IMG/VR virus record: IMGVR_UViG_3300017963_000208
Coordinates: 3,601 to 67,600 of that record
DNA: 64,000 bases
Reading direction: 5' to 3' (one strand)
Source of the DNA: a virus
The notes beneath the pieces were generated by a model. That model was not told the origin of the DNA, searched no databases, and saw nothing but the letters and a program-made list of their open reading frames with translations. This document shows positions 15,113-24,931 of this stretch, one piece after another. The translations under genes were made by a program, and so were the position numbers. Numbering within the stretch: the first letter of the stretch is position 1; the number at the start of each line of letters is the position of its first letter.

Positions 15113-15433
15113 ATGTCAGACAGTATTACTTACAGGAAAACAATTCGTCAGAGATTTGATGCTACCGCGTTTCATCAGACTGGTGTATTGGATGCTACAA
15201 CCTCAGTATCTAAGATTAAGTTGGATATTGTGGCAAAAAAAGTTACCATACAACCAGCCGTTGGAGTTACGGTAACTGTAGATGTTTCTCTGGACGGAGT
15301 AAGATGGACACAGATCGTTACTGGGTTAACTGCGATGTTAAGTTATGGCGATACTGTGGGAGATTATCTGGTTAAACATGTGCGTGTAACTCGTACTGCT
15401 GGATCAGGTAATGTGGTTATCGTTGGAGCCTAA
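15113..15433 (+). CDS. Hypothetical beta-rich virion-type protein
   Basis: V/T-rich 106 aa in the head module. Confidence 0.65.
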   Translation: MSDSITYRKTIRQRFDATAFHQTGVLDATTSVSKIKLDIVAKKVTIQPAVGVTVTVDVSLDGVRWTQIVTGLTAMLSYGDTVGDYLVKHVRVTRTAGSGNVVIVGA

Positions 15434-15435
15434 GT

Positions 15436-15666
15436 ATGCCAGATCCCATCCCCAAGCTAGTGATATATGTGAACGGAAGGTTTCGGCTGATTAAGCCTAA
15501 CCTGCCGAGTTCAGTGCAGGGCGATGCGGAAATGCAACGTAAGTTGCTATTGCTTATGGCTCACAAATATCGCTTTTTTGACTGGGGAAATAAACTTCCA
15601 GAAGAAAAGTTTGAAGAAATCAACACTTATGTGTACAATCTAGTTAAAGACTTATACGAGGAATAA
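15436..15666 (+). CDS. Hypothetical protein
   Basis: ORF track, tiles with neighbours. Confidence 0.6.
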   Translation: MPDPIPKLVIYVNGRFRLIKPNLPSSVQGDAEMQRKLLLLMAHKYRFFDWGNKLPEEKFEEINTYVYNLVKDLYEE

Positions 15667-15669
15667 ACC

Positions 15670-15975
15670 ATGCCCAAACGCGCAGATAAAGCTACAGGAA
15701 AGAGCACGCTGAAACATAGAGGGCATAGCCGTAAACAACAAGGGAAACCGGGTACTCAGGCGTACAAGGCCGAGACTGAAAAAGTCAAGCCTAAACGTAT
15801 GAAGGACCGTGGACCTGGTTCGGCGTTTGCACACGCTCTCTATAGGAGCGAAGCTGCTCGTCTTAAAGAAGAGTCAAAGAAGCCAGGAAATCTGGGCTAC
15901 AAAGAGACTATTCCTGCTGGCCCTCAAGCAATGAACAAATCTTTGACTAAACATCTTAAAAAAGGCAAGAAATAA
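15670..15975 (+). CDS. Small highly basic protein
   Basis: K/R/H-rich, contains LKHRG. Confidence 0.65.
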   Translation: MPKRADKATGKSTLKHRGHSRKQQGKPGTQAYKAETEKVKPKRMKDRGPGSAFAHALYRSEAARLKEESKKPGNLGYKETIPAGPQAMNKSLTKHLKKGKK

Positions 15976-16232
15976 TGCCTGAAGATAAGAAGAATTCTCC
16001 TCAAGGTACAGCTCCAAATAATTCTGTACAGCAGACTCCGGTGGTGAGGCCTACCAGAACCTCTAACAAAAAGAGGATTATAGAGGCCCTAAAGAAAAAA
16101 GACCACCTATCAGGGAGTCTCTACGTTGATGCTCATAAAGATGTTGAAGTGTATCAGAAGCTGTTTGAGAAAAAGGGGCATAATATTATTGAGAATTCCA
16201 AAAATTTAAAGAAATCAAGGAGTAAAAAATAA
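15975..16232 (+). CDS. Small basic protein
   Basis: TAATG-coupled on both sides. Confidence 0.65.
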   Translation: MPEDKKNSPQGTAPNNSVQQTPVVRPTRTSNKKRIIEALKKKDHLSGSLYVDAHKDVEVYQKLFEKKGHNIIENSKNLKKSRSKK

Positions 16233-17152
16233 TGGGTGTTGGACGTAGACTTATTCAACGGCGTCATAAACTTCGTGACGACGTTAGAGACGACGTTCCT
16301 AAGCGTGAAAAGGTGGATAAGCGAGATGACGTTCTGCAGGACTCCCCCGGCGCTTTTGGAGCAATGAGAGGACTGCGTCGAAGACAGGAAGAAGATTTTG
16401 GTCAAGATGTGTTCGAGGTCAAAATTGAGAAAGCCTGGGAGTCTGATGCTGACATCGAAAGAGTTGACTTCGGTGGCGGAGACTTCGGACTCAGAGTTAC
16501 CTTCGCACAGTCCATCCAAAGTTTAGACAGGGGTTTTATTGAGGGGGATGAACTCCAAATCATAGAAGAAGGTTCTGCCCTTGAATCGTACAGGTATGAG
16601 GGAATTGAAGAAGCGAATAGTGGTGACGTTGCAGCCGGTCGGGTCCGTGTTGTTTCTGATACAGTTCTTCGACTCCCAGATGCCTCCCCGACTGCAGCCG
16701 TTGCAGCATGGGGCTTCATAACCTTAGATGCTGCGTTTACGGGTGGAGACTTAATTGATGGAGAAACTATCGTTCTAGACGATGGAACCAACCCTGCAGT
16801 AACTTTTGAGTTTGATGATGGTCTTGGTGGTGGTGTGACCCCTGGAAACGTAGCCGTTGGATTCGTGCCAGGAGATACTGCCTCAGACATCAGAGATGCA
16901 CTCGTTACAGCTATCAATGGCGTAGGGGCGGGATTAGCAATTACAGCCTCGCCTGGACCTGGATCAAATCCTAGTGTTGCATTGGTAAATGATACCCCCG
17001 GAGTCGCTGGTAACGTTGCTATAACGGAGACAGTTGCTGATACTGGATTAACGGTAGCAGGAATGTCGGGAGGTGCAGATGCCTCTCTTAGTTGGGCGGA
17101 TGAATTAGGCGTAAGAGTGCGAGCAAAACTAGCTGCTGGTGCCCGCCTGTAA
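16232..17152 (+). CDS. Virion-type protein with charged N-terminus and a C-terminal domain shared with baseplate J
   Basis: TIVLDDGTNPAVTFEFD...GNVAV...LAITA domain also found at ~47176-47526. Confidence 0.75.
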   Translation: MGVGRRLIQRRHKLRDDVRDDVPKREKVDKRDDVLQDSPGAFGAMRGLRRRQEEDFGQDVFEVKIEKAWESDADIERVDFGGGDFGLRVTFAQSIQSLDRGFIEGDELQIIEEGSALESYRYEGIEEANSGDVAAGRVRVVSDTVLRLPDASPTAAVAAWGFITLDAAFTGGDLIDGETIVLDDGTNPAVTFEFDDGLGGGVTPGNVAVGFVPGDTASDIRDALVTAINGVGAGLAITASPGPGSNPSVALVNDTPGVAGNVAITETVADTGLTVAGMSGGADASLSWADELGVRVRAKLAAGARL

Positions 17153-17181
17153 AATGATCATTTTCAAAAGGAGATTGTATA

Positions 17182-17328
17182 ATGGCTAAAGAGAAACGTA
17201 AAGTTTCGGATAAGGCTTTTGCGTTAAAGCATCGTGGCAAAAAGCTCAACCAGGGTGACCAGGTTGGCATGCCTAAACCTTTGGCAAAAGAAGAAGTTGC
17301 TAAAAGCCTAAAAAAGAAAAAAAAGTAA
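17182..17328 (+). CDS. Small highly basic protein (48 aa)
   Basis: MAKEKRKVSDKAFALKHRGKK...KKKKK*; AAGGAG RBS; below the ORF-track cutoff. Confidence 0.65.
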   Translation: MAKEKRKVSDKAFALKHRGKKLNQGDQVGMPKPLAKEEVAKSLKKKKK

Positions 17329-17427
17329 CATTTGGAAATGGGGAGCAAGATTACAGTTCGAGTGTCCTGGTACCGGGTAGAACAGAGTAATGCAGCTCCC
17401 CTTCCTTTAATTTAGGAGAGAGGAAGT

Positions 17428-19317
17428 ATGTCCTTTAATCTCGGTGTTCAAAACTATCCTGGTGGTTATCTAGGAGGGTTTGGATTTGGTACAGTAGGTA
17501 TCTATCTATATGAGGATATTTACTATCGCCAATGGATCACCGAAATTGCTTTAGCTTTTTATGAAGGCCGACAAGACGAGTTTGTTTGGCTTGATTTACT
17601 AAAGCAGTTTAGGAATCCTGAAAAGCAACAAATCCTACCTTTAAATCTCACTAAAGAGATTATTGATGAAACTGCCATTTTGTACCGAGAGCCACCTATT
17701 TACGTGGTCAAGAGTAGAAAAACTGGTAAACCTCTAAAGAATGACCAGAGACTCTGGGAACAAATTATGCAGGATTGCCGGTATCTTCAAACCATGGATA
17801 GAGTGGACAGATGGTGCAGGCTACTGGGCACAGTTCTCCTGAAGGTTTCATTCATTGATGAATCCACAGGGAAAGTGGTCGAGAAGAACGAGGGAGGAAA
17901 AGTTCAACTCGACGTACTCCATGGTGGAGTTTACGATGTTAAGTACATAGACAGCCCTTATTATATTTCTGAGCTTCTTATTGGCTTTGGTCAAGGATTC
18001 TTGGGATTTAATCGTGGTGCTGGTGGTATGGGACAAACTCGTAGAGGACCTTTGGGGCAGTTGACCGGAATTGGAGCCGGTGCAGTAGGTAAGATGGGGA
18101 ACTCCCAACATGGGCAGATTAGTACTATTTACTGGTCACCCACTTCTCATAAAGTCACTGGAGAAGATGGTGAAGATATGCATGATGGGCAAAACCCGTA
18201 TGGATGTATTCCCGCAGTTCCTTTCTTTAATGCTGACCCAGCTCACTACTATTTCTTACCTATTAATGAGCCTCTGGTTTATGCTAATCACGCCATTAAT
18301 ATGCGTATAACAGACCTTAACCACATAGCGAAGTTTCAATCTTTTGGTGTACCGGTTCTGTCGGGTGTAGAAAGAGGAACTTCTATACGTAGAGGAAGAC
18401 CTGTCGATGATTTCAACTTTTTTAGGGCAGGTTCTGCCACTCGTAGCCACGTTGGAGCTGTCGCCCGTTTTGGCCAAGGGGCTCAATTTCGGACTTTTGA
18501 TAACAGCTTCGGATTCTTCGCTGATGGTAATGCTGACGCTAACGCTGTAGGAGCTAGTATAGGTCCTGATACTGCAATAGCGGTTGGTGAGAAGGGTGAC
18601 TTCAAGTTCGCTAACCCCGATGCAGATATTACGGGGCTCGCTAAAACTATTCAACAATTACAAGACTGGGTAAGGGTTAGTCATGGACTAAATCCCAAAG
18701 GTGGGTCTTTTGACCAACCCCAAAAAGAATCTGGTTTTAGTAAGATGTTGGAGAAGATTGGCGTTATAGAAGAGAATGTTCGTCGCCAGAAGCTTTTTAT
18801 GGAGAGAGAACAACAGCTTTTTGACACTATCAAGAAGTTGTGGAATACTCACTATTCTTCTGGTAAGAACAGATTTGCAGAAGACGCCTACTTAGAAATC
18901 AATTATGTAGAACCACACTTTCCTACCGATCCTCTGACCAAGATAAATCTCCTTGAGGGGGAGAGAAAGATCATTGAGTCGGGAGACCGTAGAGCTATTC
19001 ATACCCTGTTCAAACACCTATCTGAAGATGAAATTACTCAAATGATTAATGACTATCATAAGGATAGAATGGAACAGATGGATAGAGAGATGCAGTTAAT
19101 GAAAAAACAAGCCTCGGCTATGGAAGCTATGGGCTTACAATATAACGCTTCAGAGACTGCTACTCAATATAATGCTTCCGTTAAAGCTAAAGGAGCAGAT
19201 CCTTCTGTATCGAGTCAAGATAATCGAACCAAACATGCTGTAGATAGTTCTAAGCAGAAAGGTAAGAATATGGATACTCGTAAACAGAAGAAAGAGGAGA
19301 GAGCGAAAAAGAAGTAA
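17428..19317 (+). CDS. Portal protein (SPP1 gp6-like)
   Basis: Position after terL; NLTKEIIDETA.LY.EPP, NPYGCIPAVPF, final helix pattern; 629 aa. Confidence 0.85.
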   Translation: MSFNLGVQNYPGGYLGGFGFGTVGIYLYEDIYYRQWITEIALAFYEGRQDEFVWLDLLKQFRNPEKQQILPLNLTKEIIDETAILYREPPIYVVKSRKTGKPLKNDQRLWEQIMQDCRYLQTMDRVDRWCRLLGTVLLKVSFIDESTGKVVEKNEGGKVQLDVLHGGVYDVKYIDSPYYISELLIGFGQGFLGFNRGAGGMGQTRRGPLGQLTGIGAGAVGKMGNSQHGQISTIYWSPTSHKVTGEDGEDMHDGQNPYGCIPAVPFFNADPAHYYFLPINEPLVYANHAINMRITDLNHIAKFQSFGVPVLSGVERGTSIRRGRPVDDFNFFRAGSATRSHVGAVARFGQGAQFRTFDNSFGFFADGNADANAVGASIGPDTAIAVGEKGDFKFANPDADITGLAKTIQQLQDWVRVSHGLNPKGGSFDQPQKESGFSKMLEKIGVIEENVRRQKLFMEREQQLFDTIKKLWNTHYSSGKNRFAEDAYLEINYVEPHFPTDPLTKINLLEGERKIIESGDRRAIHTLFKHLSEDEITQMINDYHKDRMEQMDREMQLMKKQASAMEAMGLQYNASETATQYNASVKAKGADPSVSSQDNRTKHAVDSSKQKGKNMDTRKQKKEERAKKK

Positions 19318-19335
19318 TCGCTAAGGGAGGATCAC

Positions 19336-19662
19336 ATGGCTGTTACACACCAGCTAGTATTGGATACCTTACCGGCTACTTTTGCCGTAGACGAAGGCAC
19401 TGAAGATCAGATGATCAAGCTCCACAAAAAGTGGAAACAGAAAGTCTTCTATGGTAAGAGCAAGACCATAAGTATCCCTAATCCGGAAGATTTGCCTGTT
19501 GATGTCCGTCCTGAATCCATTATTGGTATTAGGGTGGTCAGAATTCCGGAGGATGAACAATTAAGACGACGGGCAATGCAAGACCCTAGATCCAGAATGT
19601 TCTTAGACAAAACTAATGAGTTTGAGGAGGGCATTGACTTACTGGATCAGGGTAGAAAATAA
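19336..19662 (+). CDS. Hypothetical protein
   Basis: GGAGG RBS, between portal and scaffold. Confidence 0.7.
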   Translation: MAVTHQLVLDTLPATFAVDEGTEDQMIKLHKKWKQKVFYGKSKTISIPNPEDLPVDVRPESIIGIRVVRIPEDEQLRRRAMQDPRSRMFLDKTNEFEEGIDLLDQGRK

Positions 19663-19721
19663 ACCCGAGTAGACCTCGGTAAGGGTTAATTTTAACCAGG
19701 GTAGACCCCAAAGGAGGCGAT

Positions 19722-20606
19722 ATGCCAGATCTTCTTGACACTCTCGGAAAAGACGCTGAAGCTAAGGCTCAAGCATCTGATGATGCTGCTGCAGCAAAGG
19801 CTGATAATGATATGTTGGACGGAGACCCTAAAAAGGTCGATACAACTACGGTTGATCCTACTCCGCCCACAGACGAGGGTAAAAGCACAAAGAAAACCGA
19901 TGAACCAGCAGAGGACGATCCCTATAAGGATTGGACCCCAAAAGATTTTGAAAAAGCTCTTAAAGATGCTCGTAAGGATGCGGGAAAGTACCGCACCAAG
20001 GCTAAAGACCTTGAGGATCAAATGGATTCCAAATTAGAATCCAAGCTTAGAGAAATCGATGATAAATATGCTCCTCTCAAAAAGAAAGCCGATGAGTTGG
20101 ATAAACTTAAGGCTGAGCAAGAAGATAAAAAGAGGGACATGTCACAAAAGCTGGCTCACAGGGAATCTTTAATTCGTGAATTAGAAGAAAAACTGGAAGA
20201 AGCCAAAAACCTTTCTCACAAGGAGAAGGTAGCATTACAAGAAGAGCTTACAAAGACCAAGGGCGATCTGGAAGGTCATTTGGCCTACTACAGAGAGCAG
20301 CTTGACAAGGAGTTGGACGCAATTCCAGCTCAGTGGAAAGAAGTTGCAGACGCTATGGTGAAAGGCACAAGTGATACAAGAGAAGCTCTAGCTCTGATTC
20401 GTGATGCTAAAAATAAGAATTTCTTCGGAGATAAAAAGGTAGATGTCTACCACGGGGCTCCTAAAAAAGCTAGCGAAGGCGCTAGAATGAGTTCCACTCC
20501 ATCTGAAGACCAGAAGAAAGACATGAAGTCCAAAGATAAGATTAAAGCCGGTCTGAAAGGTCTAGTTTCCGAAGTAAAGACAACAAGAGGTAAGTTCGGT
20601 ATCTAA
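19722..20606 (+). CDS. Capsid scaffolding protein
   Basis: Acidic disordered N-terminus, long coiled coil, basic C-terminus, directly before the major capsid gene. Confidence 0.8.
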   Translation: MPDLLDTLGKDAEAKAQASDDAAAAKADNDMLDGDPKKVDTTTVDPTPPTDEGKSTKKTDEPAEDDPYKDWTPKDFEKALKDARKDAGKYRTKAKDLEDQMDSKLESKLREIDDKYAPLKKKADELDKLKAEQEDKKRDMSQKLAHRESLIRELEEKLEEAKNLSHKEKVALQEELTKTKGDLEGHLAYYREQLDKELDAIPAQWKEVADAMVKGTSDTREALALIRDAKNKNFFGDKKVDVYHGAPKKASEGARMSSTPSEDQKKDMKSKDKIKAGLKGLVSEVKTTRGKFGI

Positions 20607-20628
20607 CCTAGACAGAGGTAATTAATCA

Positions 20629-21996
20629 ATGGCACAAGTTGTTACTCTTTCCGAAGCTGCAAAACTTTCGAACAACCTTCTGGTCGAGGGCATTATCGAG
20701 GATATCGTAACGGTTGATGACTGGTATCAGTACCTTCCGTTCGTGGTGTTTGAAGGCTTAGCCTACACTTTCACCCGTGAAGCGACCCTCGCTAAAGCCG
20801 ATTTTGCGGCTCCTGGCACTTCCCTTGCTGCTACTAAGTTTCAAGGTGGTGCAACGTTCCAAAATGTGAACGTGAACCTAGCGGCCATCATTGGCGACAT
20901 CATTCTCGATGGTCAAATCGAGGATCAACTCAGCGACCATAATGATCAGCTTCAGGTGCAAATTTCTTCCAAAGCGAAGCAGATTGCACGTATCTATATG
21001 AACGCGATCATCAACGGTCGTAGAATTCCTGGTGGCGCTCTGACTCAGGCCAATAGTGGTCCTATCGGCATCGAAGCCAAATTCGACGGCATGAAGAGAA
21101 TTCTTGAAGCCGAAGCTGGCAACGTCGATGACGTCAACCATCCTTTCTATAACGCCGGTGCGTCTACTCAGACCTTGGCTCTCGTTGAAGATGATGCTTC
21201 GTCTTCGCGTGTTGGTCGTCCAGGTCGTGTGTTCTCACTTGAAGATTTGGACAATCTGATTGACCGTGTTACGGTTGGTCGTCCTGACTTCTTGATGATG
21301 AACGCTCGTGAGATTCGGACGCTGCGTGTCCTCTTAAGGAACACCGGTGGTGGTACGGATGCGTATCAAATCCAACAGCAGGGTCTTGGTAACATGAAGC
21401 CTATGCTTTATTATCAAGATATTCCTATTTTCCGGAATGACTTCATTTCGAAAGAAGACGGTGTCAACCTGGTTGATACTGGTGCTGTTGCGGCAGTTGG
21501 TGCTACGAGCATTACTACGGCTGAAGACTACAGTGTTGCCGTTCCCCAGGCTCTCCTGGATGGTATCGCTGCTGGTACGGCTGAAGTCCGTGTTCGTGAC
21601 GACGACGCTATCCTTCGTCGCTGGAAAGTTACGAATGCCACTGGAGCTAACCCTTCAGTGCTAACCGTGACGGCGACTGGGCAGTTCCTAGATGTCGAGA
21701 ACAACCGCGTGGAAAGCGTGTTGGCTCCTGACGACGCAGCCTTGAGTCTCGTGGCTGAAACCTATGAGATTTTTGAGAGAGCTGACGGCTCTACCGTTTA
21801 CGCTGGTAAATGGGGTGAGTACGAAGGCGTCGTGGGCTTTACATCCGCTCAAAACGCTGGTCTTAAGCTTGAGTATGTCGGTCCTCGTGAAGATGAGAAC
21901 GCCTATCAGTATCGCCTTAAATGGTACTGTGGTTTCGACCTTTACAACCGTCTCGCTCTTGCTAGGGCTAAAGACGTTCTGCCGCTGGGTGCTTAA
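20629..21996 (+). CDS. Major capsid protein (HK97 fold) with an inserted domain
   Basis: LSEAAKL..GIIE.I...LPF...EG.AY.F.RE, Q.Q...KAK.IAR, YQDIP.F.NDFI, YRLKWYCG; strongly biased high-expression codon usage. Confidence 0.9.
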   Translation: MAQVVTLSEAAKLSNNLLVEGIIEDIVTVDDWYQYLPFVVFEGLAYTFTREATLAKADFAAPGTSLAATKFQGGATFQNVNVNLAAIIGDIILDGQIEDQLSDHNDQLQVQISSKAKQIARIYMNAIINGRRIPGGALTQANSGPIGIEAKFDGMKRILEAEAGNVDDVNHPFYNAGASTQTLALVEDDASSSRVGRPGRVFSLEDLDNLIDRVTVGRPDFLMMNAREIRTLRVLLRNTGGGTDAYQIQQQGLGNMKPMLYYQDIPIFRNDFISKEDGVNLVDTGAVAAVGATSITTAEDYSVAVPQALLDGIAAGTAEVRVRDDDAILRRWKVTNATGANPSVLTVTATGQFLDVENNRVESVLAPDDAALSLVAETYEIFERADGSTVYAGKWGEYEGVVGFTSAQNAGLKLEYVGPREDENAYQYRLKWYCGFDLYNRLALARAKDVLPLGA

Positions 21997-22015
21997 TCTA
22001 GCGTAGAAATTATAG

Positions 22016-22049
22016 TACGGGCGGGGCATTAAGCCCCGTCCCTACTTTT
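22016..22049 (+). terminator. Rho-independent terminator after the major capsid gene
   Basis: GGGCGGGGC-ATTAA-GCCCCGTCC stem followed by CTACTTTT. Confidence 0.75.
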
Positions 22050-22064
22050 CCTTGAGGAGGGAAA

Positions 22065-22700
22065 ATGTACTGGAATCGCAAGGTTACAGACAATGAATAT
22101 ATTGTCGTGAAGCATCCTTTGCGGGATTCTTCAAATACCTATTATCATGGAATCAAATTTACTAGAGGCTTTGCGGTCATAGTAAAAAATTCCAAAAGTC
22201 ATCAGTTTATCAAAACTGCTCCGTTTCTAAGAAATCATAAAGTATTCGATTTAACCTACCTAAAAAACATCTTCAGACTTAAAGAAATCGAGATGATCTA
22301 TGGTAAGGATGTTTACTGGCATTATTTAAAAGCCATAGGTCTCCATGCAAACGAATTACCCACTGAGAAAACGGAGGTCACACCACAAGACGAAGTAATT
22401 ACACAAGAAGAACAGCCAGTTACAGAGGCTCTCGTAGAGGAACCTGTATCTGAACTGTCAGGTTTGGGTGATGACGACGCTCCTCAATATATACTTGAGG
22501 AAAAAGAAGAGGAAGAGGAACCTCTTAATCTAGAAGAACTTACACCAGAACAAAGAGCTGAAGCTCATAAAACTCTGGGGCTTTGTTCATATATCCGTAA
22601 AAAAGACGGAAAAGTGTGTGACAACAAGGCGTTAAAAAGTAGCCCAGCAGGTTACTGTTTCGCCCATGTTAGGTTTGATCCTGAAAAGAGGAAGAAATAG
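22065..22700 (+). CDS. Hypothetical protein with acidic linker and C-terminal C3H Zn finger
   Basis: CSYIRKKDGKVCDNKA...YCFAH. Confidence 0.7.
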   Translation: MYWNRKVTDNEYIVVKHPLRDSSNTYYHGIKFTRGFAVIVKNSKSHQFIKTAPFLRNHKVFDLTYLKNIFRLKEIEMIYGKDVYWHYLKAIGLHANELPTEKTEVTPQDEVITQEEQPVTEALVEEPVSELSGLGDDDAPQYILEEKEEEEEPLNLEELTPEQRAEAHKTLGLCSYIRKKDGKVCDNKALKSSPAGYCFAHVRFDPEKRKK

Positions 22701-22709
22701 GGAGGAATT

Positions 22710-23045
22710 ATGGGTCTTTTAAGATTAGACAGACAACGTCTAGAAATTAATATGATTTTGGGTGTACTAGAAGAGTATAAACCCACAGCTCAGGTGAAAC
22801 GTCTCCAAAAACGTTTAGAAGGTCTTCGTAAGAAGTATTCAGATGCTATGGAAGTTTTCCGTAAGGTAACTCAAGACGAAATATCTCCAGAGCTGAACTC
22901 TATTGAAGAAGAAGTTAACGAAATTAATAATACAGCTTATCCGGAATTAGCTCAATTACAACAAGGTGATGTTGTAGAACCCCTTAAAATCAAAAAAGAT
23001 AAGCCTAAATCCAAAAAGAAAGCTACCAAAAAAGCTAAGAAATAA
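22710..23045 (+). CDS. Coiled-coil hypothetical protein with Lys-rich tail
   Basis: ORF track; GGAGG RBS. Confidence 0.7.
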   Translation: MGLLRLDRQRLEINMILGVLEEYKPTAQVKRLQKRLEGLRKKYSDAMEVFRKVTQDEISPELNSIEEEVNEINNTAYPELAQLQQGDVVEPLKIKKDKPKSKKKATKKAKK

Positions 23046-23053
23046 GGGACTCC

Positions 23054-23791
23054 ATGGGCGCTAAAGGCAGTACAGGAGCAGGAATTCAACACACGTCTAA
23101 AGGACCTACCCAAGGTGTCTCTATAGTTGGACCTAATGGGCGACCCGTAGATGTGCTTATAGACGGAGATGGTAAAGTACGTCTCCTGGTTGATGCTAAT
23201 GTAACTGTTGAGAATGCTACAATAAATGTAGATTTAGACTCTGAAGACGGCGATAACGTCGCTATAGGCAATCTATCTAATTCCGATAAACTTTTTGTGC
23301 ATTCTGATGGCACTGTCAGCATTCGTTTACTAGATGAAGCTGGTGCTGCTTTTTCTGCTCTCAACCCCCTTCATACTGAAATAGTTATCCCCGCTGGGGG
23401 CTTAGAGGTAAAATTAGAAGCCTCTAGTGGAGATACTGTAGCTGTTTCAGGTCACCAAACACAAATATACGCTGAGAACGAAGTAACTATCAATGCAGGA
23501 GGGAGTTATACCAACGTTCTAACGTATGTAGTTCCATTTAATGATACATACATAGCCTTTGCAGAGATTACTGGTCCAGTAGACTCTGTGGTTCGTATGA
23601 GACTAAATGGAGTAACTATTAGAAAGAAGCATCTTACGGCTGGGTCTCCAAATGTGGAATTTCCTTTCTTGGAGCCTAGACGGTTAGCTTCTGGGCAAAC
23701 CTTAACCATAGACGTAAAACCTGATAAGACTCCTCCGGCATTTCTGTCTGGAGTGGAATTTTTTGCATCTATTCAGGGGTTTAGGGATTAG
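23054..23791 (+). CDS. Fibre-like virion protein, paralog 1 of tandem array
   Basis: D..GD.V.I repeat units plus a ~100-aa C-terminal beta domain ending IQGFRD. Confidence 0.7.
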   Translation: MGAKGSTGAGIQHTSKGPTQGVSIVGPNGRPVDVLIDGDGKVRLLVDANVTVENATINVDLDSEDGDNVAIGNLSNSDKLFVHSDGTVSIRLLDEAGAAFSALNPLHTEIVIPAGGLEVKLEASSGDTVAVSGHQTQIYAENEVTINAGGSYTNVLTYVVPFNDTYIAFAEITGPVDSVVRMRLNGVTIRKKHLTAGSPNVEFPFLEPRRLASGQTLTIDVKPDKTPPAFLSGVEFFASIQGFRD

Positions 23792-23850
23792 GCATCTGGG
23801 AGGATTGGAATCAAGCTCAATGACTATTCATACTGATTCAGGAGAAATAA

Positions 23851-24918
23851 ATGGCTGATTTCAATCAATTTGGAAATCTAGTAGGTGAACATCTCACCTC
23901 CTTGCCAACCCTATCTAACGGAGAAAAACGGTCTGTACAACTAGACTCATCTGGCCGGCTAATTGTAGCTGGTAATTTTGATGTTAATCTAGACCATACG
24001 GCTGGGGACTCCGTTCAGGTAGGTGACGGTACAGATGTACTTGCCATCTTTGCTGATGGTTCTATAACAGTTCGTCTTAGCGACGGTACTAATACGGCGG
24101 TGGTGGACGGTTCTGGTAACCTCCAAGTCGTGGAAACCAATAGTGCTGATATTTTAACCTCTTTACAGCTCTTAGATGATGCTGTATTTTCTGTTAGTGA
24201 CGTGGCTGGTGCCACGGATGCGGGTATACAGGCTTTAGCCGTTAGAGATGATGCTCTAGGTACCCTGACAGAAGTTGATGGAGACTATACCCGTCTTCGT
24301 ACTAACGACCGTGGTGCTTTGTGGATAGTTCCAGACGGCGACGTTAATGTTACCGCCACAGACTTAGATATTAGGAGCTTAACTGACGCTTCCGATAGTG
24401 TGTCTATTGGAGATGGTACAGATACTCTAGGCATCGAAGCTGATGGGTCAATTCTAGTTCGCTTGTATGACAGTGGTGGTACTGGCTTAACTAGTACCTT
24501 AGTTGGTGCTGACCAAGCACTAGATGTTAACGTTGTCTCCACAGTTGATGGAACCTCTGGCACAGAGACAGATACAGTTTCTGATGGAGGAGATGATGGT
24601 CTCATAGCTATGACGGGAGGCGTAGATACTCTGATTAGCCTTGCTGTCGGAGCTGGTACTACCTACCACATCTCTGCTTTTCAGTGGGCAGCTAGTGAAC
24701 AAGCTGACTTTAGATTAGAGGTCAGAGATAGTGGGGCTCTAACAGAGACTATTAGAAGGAGTTTAAACTCTGGTGCTACTCCTAGTGGAGAATATACTTT
24801 CCCCACAGAAATAGAAGTAGCTGGAGCTGCTAACCGAACCTTAGAGGTTAGAGTAAGAAATGCAGGTGGGGACGCTTCAGGTCTCGCACATGCAGCTATC
24901 AATGGATTTACTACTTAA
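23851..24918 (+). CDS. Fibre-like virion protein, paralog 2
   Basis: Repeated DSV.IGDGTD.L.I.ADGSI.VRL units; C-terminal beta domain ending INGFTT. Confidence 0.75.
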   Translation: MADFNQFGNLVGEHLTSLPTLSNGEKRSVQLDSSGRLIVAGNFDVNLDHTAGDSVQVGDGTDVLAIFADGSITVRLSDGTNTAVVDGSGNLQVVETNSADILTSLQLLDDAVFSVSDVAGATDAGIQALAVRDDALGTLTEVDGDYTRLRTNDRGALWIVPDGDVNVTATDLDIRSLTDASDSVSIGDGTDTLGIEADGSILVRLYDSGGTGLTSTLVGADQALDVNVVSTVDGTSGTETDTVSDGGDDGLIAMTGGVDTLISLAVGAGTTYHISAFQWAASEQADFRLEVRDSGALTETIRRSLNSGATPSGEYTFPTEIEVAGAANRTLEVRVRNAGGDASGLAHAAINGFTT

Positions 24919-24931
24919 TATAGTGTAATTT

